Below, piece after piece: positions 9,598 through 18,797 of a DNA stretch of 64,000 nt. Where the stretch lies: NCBI GenBank assembly GCA_964548115.1, contig CAZJPQ010000003.1:490-64489 (forward strand), written 5' to 3'. The DNA is from an uncultured Planctomycetaceae bacterium (GTDB lineage: Bacteria > Planctomycetota > UBA8742 > UBA2392 > JABWBM01). The stretch's first letter is position 1, and each line of letters starts with the position of its first letter. Position numbers and translations under genes: made by a program. Under the pieces are notes generated by a model. That model ran no database searches. It saw only the letters and a program-made list of their open reading frames with translations, and was not told where the DNA came from.

Positions 9598-10353
9598 ATG
9601 AGCTACAAACTTATAAAAGTAGAAAAATCAGGAGCACTTGTCACGATTACGCTTCAACGCCCCGATGTCATGAACGCTCTTAACAAGGCTATTGTAGACG
9701 AGCTTTCCCAAGCTTTCGATGAGCTCCGCAATGATTCTGAAGCAGGTTGTATTATTCTTACTGGCAGTGGTGAAAATTTTGCAGCTGGTGCTGATATCAA
9801 AGAACTCAAGGAACGGTTAGCTCCTGAATCTCTTGATGCCATTAATTCTGGCCTCTTTAAAAAGATTGAAGATCATCCTTTGCCAGTGATTGCGGCTATT
9901 AAAGGCTATTGTCTTGGAGGAGGCTGTGAACTTGCACTGGCCTGCGATATACGCCTTGCGGGGAGAAGTGCAAAATTCGGTCAACCCGAGGTCGGACTTG
10001 GAATTATTCCTGGTGCTGGAGGGACTCAACGTTTACCTCGCATTATTGGCCTTGGACGTGCCAAAGAATGGGTTCTCAGTGCTTGGATCTATGACGCAGA
10101 AGAAGCCTACCGAATAGGTTTAGTAAACAGCTTAGTTGAAGATGAAGAGCTTTTAACCAAAGCTCAAGAATTTGCGACAAGAATTCTCAAACGTGGAAAA
10201 TTAGCTGTGCGCGTTGCTAAAATGGCTTTAAACACCTCTACACGCACAGGCGTTGAAACAGGCCTGCTCTTTGAATCGACTGCTCAAGCAATGCTTTTTG
10301 AATCACAGGATAAAATGCAACGAATGCAGGCTTTTCTTGAACGGAAAAAATAA
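9598..10353 (+). CDS. Enoyl-CoA hydratase/isomerase (crotonase family)
   Basis: AGGAAG RBS. Oxyanion-hole and active-site region AAIKGYCLGGGCELALACDIR ... FGQPEVGLGIIPGAGGTQRL. Confidence 0.9.
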   Translation: MSYKLIKVEKSGALVTITLQRPDVMNALNKAIVDELSQAFDELRNDSEAGCIILTGSGENFAAGADIKELKERLAPESLDAINSGLFKKIEDHPLPVIAAIKGYCLGGGCELALACDIRLAGRSAKFGQPEVGLGIIPGAGGTQRLPRIIGLGRAKEWVLSAWIYDAEEAYRIGLVNSLVEDEELLTKAQEFATRILKRGKLAVRVAKMALNTSTRTGVETGLLFESTAQAMLFESQDKMQRMQAFLERKK

Positions 10354-10406
10354 CAACTCGAAAAAACAATACATAACCGCAGATAAAGAAACCTGGAGGA
10401 ACCCTC

Positions 10407-13052
10407 ATGCTTGAAGGATTAAGCGGATCAGAAAGTTTTGAACGAGCCCAGAGTTTGCATCGAGCTCAACTTGAAAGTCTTCATGAACATACAGAACAGC
10501 ACTACACAGCTGGAAAGTCTTCTTATAAGCCTTTTTATACAGAACATACTCCTCGACGCTATTCTCGTTCCCGAGTGGTTGATCTCAAACACATCAAACT
10601 TGAAATAAGCTTTGAAATTGAGAAAAAGAAGTTGCTCGGAAAAGCCGAGATAACATGCATTCCCTTAACTGAAGATGTACGCTCCTTAACTCTTGATGCT
10701 TGTGATATGAAATTTGGGGACATCAGCGCTCAGGGCCTCTCATTGACTTCTTCCTACGACGGAGCAAAACTGCGAATTGATTTTGACCGCGCTCTTGAGG
10801 CTGATCAGGAAGTCACACTCTCTATTCCTTATAGTGTTACAGATCCTAAAGCTGGCATTTACTTCGTAGGCCCCGACGAACATTACCCGGATAAACCCTT
10901 TGAAATCTGGACTCAGGGACAAGATGAAGATTCCCGTTACTGGTTTCCCTGTTTTGATTACCCCAACGAAAAAGCTACCAGTGAAATCATCGTCAGTGTG
11001 CCAGCTCGTTTTAATACGCTTTCCAATGGAGCACTCTTGAGTGTCCAGGAATCCGGAGAAAATAAGGTTTTCCATTGGAAGCATGATGTTCCTCATGTTG
11101 CTTATCTCGTGACCCTTGTTGTTGGAGAGTATGAGGAAGTTAAAGCTGATGCTGACGGCATTCCCGTAAGCTATTACTACCATCCAGGAGATGAAGAAAA
11201 AGCCCGCAACTCTTTTGCAGATACACCCGAAATGGTGAAATTCTTCAGTAAACGCATTGGCGTTGCCTATCCTTACGCTAAATATAGTCAAATTCCAGCA
11301 ACTGACTTTATCTTTGGTGGTATGGAAAATACGACCGCAACAACTCAAACAGCCTTCACCCTTCACGACAACCGCGCTCACCTTGACTTCTCATCAAACT
11401 CCCTCGTAAGTCATGAATTAGCTCATCAATGGTTTGGAAACCTGTTAACCTGCAGGGACTGGAGCCATGGTTGGCTCAACGAAGGCTTTACAACCTACAT
11501 GGAGTGCTGCTGGGAAGAAGAAGAAAGAGGCAAAGAAGAGTTCCAATACTATATGCTGACAGAAATGGAAAGCTATCTTGAAGAAGATAAGCAAAGCTAC
11601 CGCCGTGCACTTGTCTGCAACCGCTATCAGGAACCCATCGACCTCTTTGATCGCCACCTCTACGAAAAAGGAGCCTGTGTTCAACACATGCTGCGTTTTA
11701 TCCTTGGTGAGCGGCTGTTCTGGAAAGCAATCAAGCATTACACCACAACCAATCGCGAGCGTTGTGTTGTGACAGCCGATTGGCAACGGGCAATTGAAGA
11801 AGCTACCGGCCAAAACCTTGATGAATTCTTTGATCAATGGGTATTCGGTGGTGGTCATCCTGATTTTAAAGTAAGCTTCTCTTATGATAGTGATAAGAAA
11901 CTTGCAGCTCTCAAGGTTCAGCAAACCCAAAAAACAAATGATCTCACAGCCATCTTTAAACTTCCTGTAGCAATTGCTTTCAGCATGCTTGACGAAAATA
12001 AAGCAAAGATTACAGAACGCCAAGAACACACCATCAAGGTTGACCGTTCAGAACAAACCTTTTATTTACCACTTGATTTCGAACCTGACTTCATCACCTT
12101 TGATGTCGGCAACTGGATTCTGAAAACCCTTGATCTTTCAGGTCTAAGCGAAGAAATGCTGATGAAACAATTGCTCCATGACAGCGATGTTATTGGTCGA
12201 GTCCACGCCGCTCGTGAACTCGGCAAAAAAGGCAGCAGCCGGGCAGTTGAAACCCTTGAAAAAATTCTTGGAATTGACGCTCCCTGGTTTGTCCACGCTG
12301 CTGCGGCTAAAGCCCTTGGTGCAATTGGCAAAAGCACCTGCCTTGAGGCTTTACTCAACCACAAAAAAATTGAGCATCCAAAAGCACGCAGGGCTGTTAT
12401 TCAGGCTCTTGGAGAATTTCGCCACGATACAAAAGCAGCTGATGCTCTACTGGAAGTTGCCGTTCAGGGAGATGCCAGTTATTTTGTAGAAGCTGAAGCC
12501 TGCCATTCCCTAGGCAAAAGCCGAGACAGCCGAGCAAAAACGGAGCTGATTAAAATCCTTCAAAACCGTGAAAGCTTTAACCAAGTCGTCCAGGTTGCAG
12601 CGATTCAAGGACTTGTCGCCCTCCAGGACTTAAGCGCCCTTGAAGAAATTCAAAGCGCTGCTGCCCTTGGCAAGCCAATACGCTTACGCTTTAACGCCCT
12701 TAGCTTCCTTGGAAAACTTGCTGCACTGGCCCCTGAAAATCAAAAAATTCTACTGCGGCAGTTTCTCGAAGAAAGACTTGAAGAAAAAGATTTCTTTGCT
12801 TCCCTGGGTACCATCTCTGGATTAACAGCCCTTGGCGATCCCGCAGCCATACCAGCATTAGAACGCAAGGAACGCTTAAGTGTTGATGGCCGCGTTAAAA
12901 CACGGGCTCGCAAAGCAGTTGAAGCACTGGCTTCAAAGCGTACAACACCCCAGCAGGTACAAGGCTTGCGGGACGATCTTGATCAACTCAAAAAAGAAAA
13001 ACATGAACTTCTGGAACGACTTGAGAAACTTGAATCTCTTCAGGCTTCTTGA
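10407..13052 (+). CDS. M1-family aminopeptidase N-like protein with C-terminal PBS-lyase-type HEAT repeats and a terminal coiled coil
   Basis: GGAGGA RBS. GGMEN exopeptidase motif (FGGMENTT). Zinc-binding motif HELAHQWFGN plus NEGFTTYME. C-terminal repeated ARELGKKGSSRAVETL / AAAKALGAIG HEAT-like units, then LRDDLDQLKKEKHELLERLEKLE. Confidence 0.85.
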   Translation: MLEGLSGSESFERAQSLHRAQLESLHEHTEQHYTAGKSSYKPFYTEHTPRRYSRSRVVDLKHIKLEISFEIEKKKLLGKAEITCIPLTEDVRSLTLDACDMKFGDISAQGLSLTSSYDGAKLRIDFDRALEADQEVTLSIPYSVTDPKAGIYFVGPDEHYPDKPFEIWTQGQDEDSRYWFPCFDYPNEKATSEIIVSVPARFNTLSNGALLSVQESGENKVFHWKHDVPHVAYLVTLVVGEYEEVKADADGIPVSYYYHPGDEEKARNSFADTPEMVKFFSKRIGVAYPYAKYSQIPATDFIFGGMENTTATTQTAFTLHDNRAHLDFSSNSLVSHELAHQWFGNLLTCRDWSHGWLNEGFTTYMECCWEEEERGKEEFQYYMLTEMESYLEEDKQSYRRALVCNRYQEPIDLFDRHLYEKGACVQHMLRFILGERLFWKAIKHYTTTNRERCVVTADWQRAIEEATGQNLDEFFDQWVFGGGHPDFKVSFSYDSDKKLAALKVQQTQKTNDLTAIFKLPVAIAFSMLDENKAKITERQEHTIKVDRSEQTFYLPLDFEPDFITFDVGNWILKTLDLSGLSEEMLMKQLLHDSDVIGRVHAARELGKKGSSRAVETLEKILGIDAPWFVHAAAAKALGAIGKSTCLEALLNHKKIEHPKARRAVIQALGEFRHDTKAADALLEVAVQGDASYFVEAEACHSLGKSRDSRAKTELIKILQNRESFNQVVQVAAIQGLVALQDLSALEEIQSAAALGKPIRLRFNALSFLGKLAALAPENQKILLRQFLEERLEEKDFFASLGTISGLTALGDPAAIPALERKERLSVDGRVKTRARKAVEALASKRTTPQQVQGLRDDLDQLKKEKHELLERLEKLESLQAS

Positions 13053-13083
13053 ACAAAACCTGAAACCCCATCTTAAAAGCCCT

Positions 13084-13114
13084 GCTTGCAGGGCTTTTCT
13101 ATTTTGATCAAAAA
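13084..13114. terminator. Bidirectional rho-independent terminator between convergent genes
   Basis: aaaaGCCCTGCttGCAGGGCttttctatttt: a GC-rich hairpin flanked by an A-run and a T-run. Confidence 0.7.
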
Positions 13115-13146
13115 TCAAAGCTTCTCTCTCTTGGCAGGTTCTTCAT

Positions 13147-13626
13147 TTACCAGAAGGCAAAGCTCGAAAAATCCAACCAGCCACACCATAAAGGTAACCA
13201 AGCCAAGGTCACTGCTCCTATACTATTAAAACTCCAGTACCAGGCGAACCAACCTGGTTCAATTTTGCCGTCCTGATTACGAATAGACAAACGAGCATTA
13301 ACCGTATAATGAAGCTGGAGAGGAACAGCGATTGAAATCAGATAAAAAGCAGCCCACATATCAAAAGAAAAATTATAGCTTCCAACATCTCTATGCCCTA
13401 AGGCCTTCATCACTTGTGGGCCAACCACATAACAAAGCGCTGGCGTGAAAACGGCAATTACGAAAGCACTACCAAAATGAAGTCCCCAAAAACTCAGCAC
13501 TCGAAAAGAGCTTCGACAAACCTTCTTCATGACGAGGAATTCTGGGACTCTCAATAAAATCATTGGCACAATATAAAGCCCGAAAGCTAAAAGAAAAAGA
13601 GCAAGAAAAATCTGAAGCGCAGCCAT
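13147..13626 (-). CDS. Integral membrane protein (about 4 TM helices), unknown function
   Basis: ATG start. Hydrophobic segments LALFLLAFGLYIVPMILL, SAFVIAVFTPALCYVV, AAFYLISIAVPL, IGAVTLAWLPLWCGW. Confidence 0.55.
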   Translation of the reverse strand: MAALQIFLALFLLAFGLYIVPMILLRVPEFLVMKKVCRSSFRVLSFWGLHFGSAFVIAVFTPALCYVVGPQVMKALGHRDVGSYNFSFDMWAAFYLISIAVPLQLHYTVNARLSIRNQDGKIEPGWFAWYWSFNSIGAVTLAWLPLWCGWLDFSSFAFW

Positions 13627-13723
13627 ATGCCTATCTCAAGAGTTGTTTGAAAAATTTCCTACTGACAGAATATACTCTCTTATCTCTTCCAAGCTTAGCT
13701 TGAAGACTTATTCTCTTTGTTTC

Positions 13724-14623
13724 TTAGTGCTCCAAAGGCGTGATAGCCAAGCTTAAATCAAGGGCTGGTGCAGAATGAGTGAGTGCTCCTATACTTATAC
13801 GCTCAACTCCCAGTAATGCCCGCGCTCGAAGATCCTTTAAGCCTATACCCCCAGAAGCTTCAAATATAACAGCCTCTTTAGCACCTTCTTTTCGAAGCGC
13901 AAGGGCCTGTTCAAGCATTTCAAGTGTAAAATTATCAAGCAAGATGCAATCAGCCGAACTTTCAAGGGCCTGCTTTAACTCTTCAAGATTTTCAACCTCG
14001 CACGTGATGCGCTTTTTTTCACCAAGAAAAGCACGTACCTCTTCGACCCCCTCGGCAAGGTTTTTTCGAATCAAAGCCAAATGATTTTCCTTAAGCATGG
14101 CTTGATCATAAAGCCCCATACGATGGTTTTTACCACCACCGCACTGAACAGCGTACTTCTCTAAAAGACGATAACCTGGCATTGTCTTACGTGTATCACA
14201 GATCTGTGTTTTAGTATCCCTGATCTCTTCAACAAAGCGAGCTGTTATACTTGCAATACCACTGAGATGGGCGAGCAAATTTAAGAGACTCCGCTCAAGG
14301 ATTAAAAGCCAATCAGCAGGTCCCTCTAAATCTGCTAGAATTTCCCCAGCTTCTACTTTTTTGCCATCACGAGCCAAAAACCGAAACGTGATAGCTTGCC
14401 CCGAGTACTTCTGCAACCCTTGATAATTTTGACAAAAATCATCAAGCCCAACAAGAGCATTAAAACCAGCGAGAACACCAGCAGCCTTAGCCCTCAGCTT
14501 TGCTTGGGCCCGAACTCCGCCTAAACCAAGGGCTTGTACAGTAATATCGCCTTCTTTTCCAAGATCTTCCTTCAGGCTCTGAGCAAGAGCCTCAAAAAAA
14601 GCTTCCTGGAGCTGCTTATTCAT
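13724..14623 (-). CDS. nadC: Nicotinate-nucleotide diphosphorylase (carboxylating); quinolinate phosphoribosyltransferase
   Basis: Internal ATG at 14623 with a GAGGAAAGAG RBS is preferred over the track's TTG at 14686. That start removes the overlap with ltaE. The QPRTase fold is recognisable from the GDIT, GGGKNHRMGLYD and C-terminal TIM-barrel segments. Confidence 0.88.
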   Translation of the reverse strand: MNKQLQEAFFEALAQSLKEDLGKEGDITVQALGLGGVRAQAKLRAKAAGVLAGFNALVGLDDFCQNYQGLQKYSGQAITFRFLARDGKKVEAGEILADLEGPADWLLILERSLLNLLAHLSGIASITARFVEEIRDTKTQICDTRKTMPGYRLLEKYAVQCGGGKNHRMGLYDQAMLKENHLALIRKNLAEGVEEVRAFLGEKKRITCEVENLEELKQALESSADCILLDNFTLEMLEQALALRKEGAKEAVIFEASGGIGLKDLRARALLGVERISIGALTHSAPALDLSLAITPLEH

Positions 14624-14655
14624 GAACTCTTTCCTCTTTAAAACATCCAATAAAG

Positions 14656-15699
14656 CTACAATCTTTCCTTGAGTATTTCTTCCCAAGCTGTCAGGGCTCT
14701 TTGCACATCTTCTTTTCCAACATCATAATGGCTCACCATCCGCCAGGTTTGAGGATTAAGATAAAGGGCAAGCACACCTTTTTTCGCAAGGGCTTGGCGA
14801 AGTTCTTCAGCCTGAAGCTCCTCGTAAGCTTTAAGCTTGAAATAAACCATGTTGGTTTCAACACTTGAGAGATCAAGTTCAATGCCTTCAATTTGACTCA
14901 GGCCCTGAGCAAGCTCAAAGGCCAGGCGATGATCTTCAGCCAGACGGTTGACCATCTTTTCAAGGGACACGATACCACAAGCGGCCAAGACACCTGCCTG
15001 ACGCATGCCACCCCCAAACATTTTACGAGTGCGCCGCGCTTCCTGAACAAAGGCCTTACTCCCGAAAACTAGACTGCCGACAGGCGCTCCCAAACCTTTT
15101 GAAAGACAGAGACTGAGAGTATCAAAGGGAGCAGCCAGCTCTGCCATGCTTTTATCCTGAGCTACTGCCGCATTTGCTAAACGAGCACCATCAAGATGAA
15201 AAGCCAATCCATGTTTTGAACACAAATCTTGCAGCGCAAAAACATCAGCTTGTGGCAGAATTCGACCTCCAGAAGCATTGTGGGTGTTTTCTAATACAAT
15301 CAATGAACTTCGTGGATGATGCACGTTCCCATCCTGAATGGCGGCTCGAACATCTTCAAGCCGCGGCGTCCCTCGCTCACTCACAAGGGGACGGACCTGT
15401 ACACTGGAAAGGGCTGCAATCGCACCCGTTTCATTATTATATGTATGACTGCCGGCTTCGCATATCAGTTCATCCCCAGGTTGCGTATGATAATGGATTG
15501 CAATTTGGTTTGCCATCACACCTGAAGGAACAAAGAGTGCTGCTTCTTTAGAAAGCAGATCAGCGGCATACTCTTCAAGCTTTATAACGCTGGGATCATC
15601 CCCGAGCACATCATCACCTAAAGGAGCTTCTGCCATGGCTTGATACATCTCAGGAGTTGGACGAGTAACCGTATCACTGCGAAAATCACTGATGCGCAT
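14656..15699 (-). CDS. ltaE: Low-specificity L-threonine aldolase (PLP-dependent)
   Basis: ATG start. N-terminal MRISDFRSDTVTRPTPEM and the internal lysine region (LSKGLGAPVGSLV) match threonine aldolases. Confidence 0.85.
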   Translation of the reverse strand: MRISDFRSDTVTRPTPEMYQAMAEAPLGDDVLGDDPSVIKLEEYAADLLSKEAALFVPSGVMANQIAIHYHTQPGDELICEAGSHTYNNETGAIAALSSVQVRPLVSERGTPRLEDVRAAIQDGNVHHPRSSLIVLENTHNASGGRILPQADVFALQDLCSKHGLAFHLDGARLANAAVAQDKSMAELAAPFDTLSLCLSKGLGAPVGSLVFGSKAFVQEARRTRKMFGGGMRQAGVLAACGIVSLEKMVNRLAEDHRLAFELAQGLSQIEGIELDLSSVETNMVYFKLKAYEELQAEELRQALAKKGVLALYLNPQTWRMVSHYDVGKEDVQRALTAWEEILKERL

Positions 15700-15941
15700 T
15701 ACAAACCTCTTTTCTTCATTCGATGGCTTTCCTTTACTCAGCCATAGATAGATTGAGCTCGAGACTATAGCTTGCTTTGATGAAATTGTGGAGCTTTGGG
15801 ATAAGTTTTTTACGCTTTGAAGAGAAGATGAAATCCAAGGTTTAACAGAAAGTGACTAAAATCACCTTCTGAAACAAAAGCATCTTTATAATGAAGACAC
15901 TCCCCAAAATGATAGTTAGCATTTCATGCAATAGAAAAGCT

Positions 15942-17204
15942 TTAAAAAATACCCCTGGCTTCCAAAGCTCGAGCAACCCGAGCAATCGCGCCCATATAAG
16001 CAGCTTCTCGAAAAGGAATGTTTTGCTCCCCAGCTAAAGCCTGGACCTGGTCAAGAGCCTTCTCCATCACACCCTGCAACCTTTGATTAACTTCTTCTTC
16101 AGTCCAGGAAAGGTATTGGCGGTTTTGAACCCATTCATAATAACTTACTGTTACGCCGCCTGCGTTCGCTAAAACATCAGGGATAACAACAATGCCCTTA
16201 TTCACCAAAATCTGTTCGGCAGCTGGAGTTGTTGGCCCATTGGCTGCTTCTGCAATCAAGCGAGCCGAAACCCTTTCAGCATTGCTTTCCGTTATCACAC
16301 CCTGCAAAGCCGCTGGAACAAGGATATCAACATCAAGCTCAAGTAACTCCTGATTACTTATGCTTTCCCCCGCAATACCATCAACCAAGCCAGTACTCCG
16401 CTTATGATCAATCGCATGGGGAATATCAAAACCGTTCATGTTCACGACAGCAGAACGAGAATCTGATATTGCCACAACTTGAGCCCCCATTTCATGAAGG
16501 CTCTGGGCTGCCCATTGACCAGCGTTTCCAAAACCGTTAATAGCCACTCGCGCGTTTTTGAGTTGCTTGCCGCTGTTTTGATAATAGCGTTGGATACAGA
16601 AAGCAACTCCTCGCCCGGTAGCCGCATTACGCCCGAGACTCCCCCCAAGTTCAATGGGCTTACCGGTAATCACAGCTGGCTCCGGCTGACCTGCATGAAG
16701 CGCATATTCATCAGCAATCCAAGCCATCTCCTGAGGACCAGTATTGACATCAGGAGCAGGAATATCCTTACTTGGACCAATCACACTGGAAAGCCTACGG
16801 GCAAAAGCTGTCGTAAGGGCTTTTTTATCCATTGGACTCATCGCTTTATAATCACAGATCACTCCCCCTTTGCCACCACCCAGGGGAAGACCTACGACAG
16901 CAGTTTTCCATGTCATCCACATGGACAACGCCTTAACTTCATCAACACTTACTTCTGGATGAAAACGCAAACCACCTTTCGCAGGGCCACGGGCAAAGCT
17001 GTGCTGGCTTCGAATGCCTGTGAAAATTCGAGTCTTTCCATCTTGCATCTGAACAGGGAAGGTGAAAACGTGCAAAGCTTCTGGCTCAATTAAATGATCC
17101 CGCACAGAATCTGAAAGCTTCAACTTCTTCGCCACAGAACAAAACTGCTCTTGAGCCATTTCCCAGGCATTTAATCCTGAACCTTTTTGAACTATTGTTT
17201 CCAT
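15942..17204 (-). CDS. gdhA: Glutamate dehydrogenase (Glu/Leu/Phe/Val dehydrogenase family)
   Basis: ATG at 17204 with an AGGAAGAGG RBS is preferred over the track's TTG at 17231. Catalytic glycine-rich motif LPLGGGKGGVICD. NAD(P) Rossmann motif GFGNAGQWAA. Confidence 0.9.
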   Translation of the reverse strand: METIVQKGSGLNAWEMAQEQFCSVAKKLKLSDSVRDHLIEPEALHVFTFPVQMQDGKTRIFTGIRSQHSFARGPAKGGLRFHPEVSVDEVKALSMWMTWKTAVVGLPLGGGKGGVICDYKAMSPMDKKALTTAFARRLSSVIGPSKDIPAPDVNTGPQEMAWIADEYALHAGQPEPAVITGKPIELGGSLGRNAATGRGVAFCIQRYYQNSGKQLKNARVAINGFGNAGQWAAQSLHEMGAQVVAISDSRSAVVNMNGFDIPHAIDHKRSTGLVDGIAGESISNQELLELDVDILVPAALQGVITESNAERVSARLIAEAANGPTTPAAEQILVNKGIVVIPDVLANAGGVTVSYYEWVQNRQYLSWTEEEVNQRLQGVMEKALDQVQALAGEQNIPFREAAYMGAIARVARALEARGIF

Positions 17205-17507
17205 AACCCCGCCCTCTTCCTTGTCACCCAATATCTAAAAAAGGAAAGCCAAACCTCACATAAAAAGTTCATACAAGTTACTAATGAGATAGTAACACGT
17301 TTTTTTTGAGGCGCTAGCAGCTCTCTTAAGAAATATGAGGTTCAAGTTTTGTTTTTACACGATAGAGTGGACACCAAACTCTGAGAAAGAAGTCAAGCTT
17401 TTAAAACTCAAGACTTGCTTCGAAGGAAGAGCTAAACCATGATAAGCATCAAGAATACATAAGAATACAAGAGTACTTTAAAAATTATTTCTGCTAAGGT
17501 CACTGGC

Positions 17508-18713
17508 ATGAACGAGTTTATCCAATATTACACGGAACATGGGATATCACCGGTAAGTCAAGATATTCAAGACTTTCAAAATCATATGAATCGTCGTTCT
17601 GCTCTTTACCGCACTCTAGGCCTTACACCAAAGTTATTTCAAAACCGAGAGCTGCTCGAAGTAGGACCTGGCAGTGGCTATAACTCTATTGTGTCCGCAA
17701 GCTTTGGTCCTGCTCGTTATACCCTTTTAGAACCAAACCCTACGGGCTTTCAAGCAATGCTGAAGCTCTTCGAAAAACACCACCAAAACCATCAGCTCAA
17801 AAAAGAAGCCCTACACTTCCATAATCTAAGCCTTGAAAATTACCCAGGCCAAGAATCTTACGATATTGTTCTTTGTGAAGGCCTGATGGCTGGGCTCAAC
17901 AACCAGGAAAACTTTCTTGGCCAGCTTGATAAACGGCTTCGGTCTGGTGGCATTCTTGTTCTCACCTGTTCTGATCCTGTTTCCATGCTCTTTGAAAGCT
18001 GTCGTCGCTACCTTGCTCGTTTGATGTTGGCACGCGCTGACCTTTCACTTGAAACGGGCGATGATAGTGCCAAAAAATCTTCGAGACTGGAAAAGCAGGT
18101 TGATCTCTTGGAAGAATGTTTCAGCTCTCATCTTCAAAGTTTGAAGGGCCGAAGTCGCCCAATCCGAGATTGGATTCTTGACAACCTTCTCAACCCTGCA
18201 GCTGACAGCGCCTCAGCTCACAACGCTTTCAGCCTTTTGCAAGCTCTCAACATCCTTGGAAAGCATTATTATTTTTACCATAGCTCTCCAAACATTTTTC
18301 ACGACGCCCGCTGGTACAAAAACCTTCCAGCATCACCACAGGACTACAACGCACCAGTCCTTCAGCAATACTATCAGTTTCTTCACACCTTTGTAGATTA
18401 CAGGCTTGAAATCACCCCCCGTTTTGAGCAACAGAACCAAGAGCTTCTCAAAGCTTCTCGAGCTTTTGCGGACTTCGTTTGTACTTTTCAACCCCTTCAA
18501 CCTCAACGAGAGAAAGCCCTGGAATTGCTTAAACAAATCTGCGCGAATTTAAGAGAGTACGAAGAAACGGCAGCTGCTCTAATCCAAGCTCGAGCCTTAA
18601 TAGAAAAAGATGAACTTCAAGCTCAGGATATCAATGAAGCACGTGATTTTGCAGCTGCCTTTGGACGCGGCATGCAGTATATCAGTCTTGAAAAAACCTT
18701 TGATTTGAAGTAG
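17508..18713 (+). CDS. Class I SAM-dependent methyltransferase with a ~150-aa C-terminal extension
   Basis: Motif I LLEVGPGSGYNS. Motif II/post-I DIVLCEGLM. 401 aa. Ends 4 nt before the bioA reading frame. Confidence 0.8.
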   Translation: MNEFIQYYTEHGISPVSQDIQDFQNHMNRRSALYRTLGLTPKLFQNRELLEVGPGSGYNSIVSASFGPARYTLLEPNPTGFQAMLKLFEKHHQNHQLKKEALHFHNLSLENYPGQESYDIVLCEGLMAGLNNQENFLGQLDKRLRSGGILVLTCSDPVSMLFESCRRYLARLMLARADLSLETGDDSAKKSSRLEKQVDLLEECFSSHLQSLKGRSRPIRDWILDNLLNPAADSASAHNAFSLLQALNILGKHYYFYHSSPNIFHDARWYKNLPASPQDYNAPVLQQYYQFLHTFVDYRLEITPRFEQQNQELLKASRAFADFVCTFQPLQPQREKALELLKQICANLREYEETAAALIQARALIEKDELQAQDINEARDFAAAFGRGMQYISLEKTFDLK

Positions 18714-18797
18714 TCAATGGAAACACTTCCCACAAAACCAACTGTTGGCAAAAAATATAATTTAAAACTCACAAACTTTAAACCTTTCTTAATACTC

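Noticed and set aside
10740-11381. 213-aa minus-strand ORF inside the aminopeptidase gene; similar antisense ORFs at 11445..12029 and 16479..17093 (inside gdh), and many others of 60-130 aa
   Set aside because: Fully embedded antisense in well-supported conserved genes, with no motifs, RBS or start context. Typical spurious ORFs.
17451-17470. Tandem 10-mer aagaatacat/aagaatacaa in the gdh / methyltransferase divergent promoter region
   Set aside because: Only two copies. It could be an operator half-site pair but is too short to support a call.
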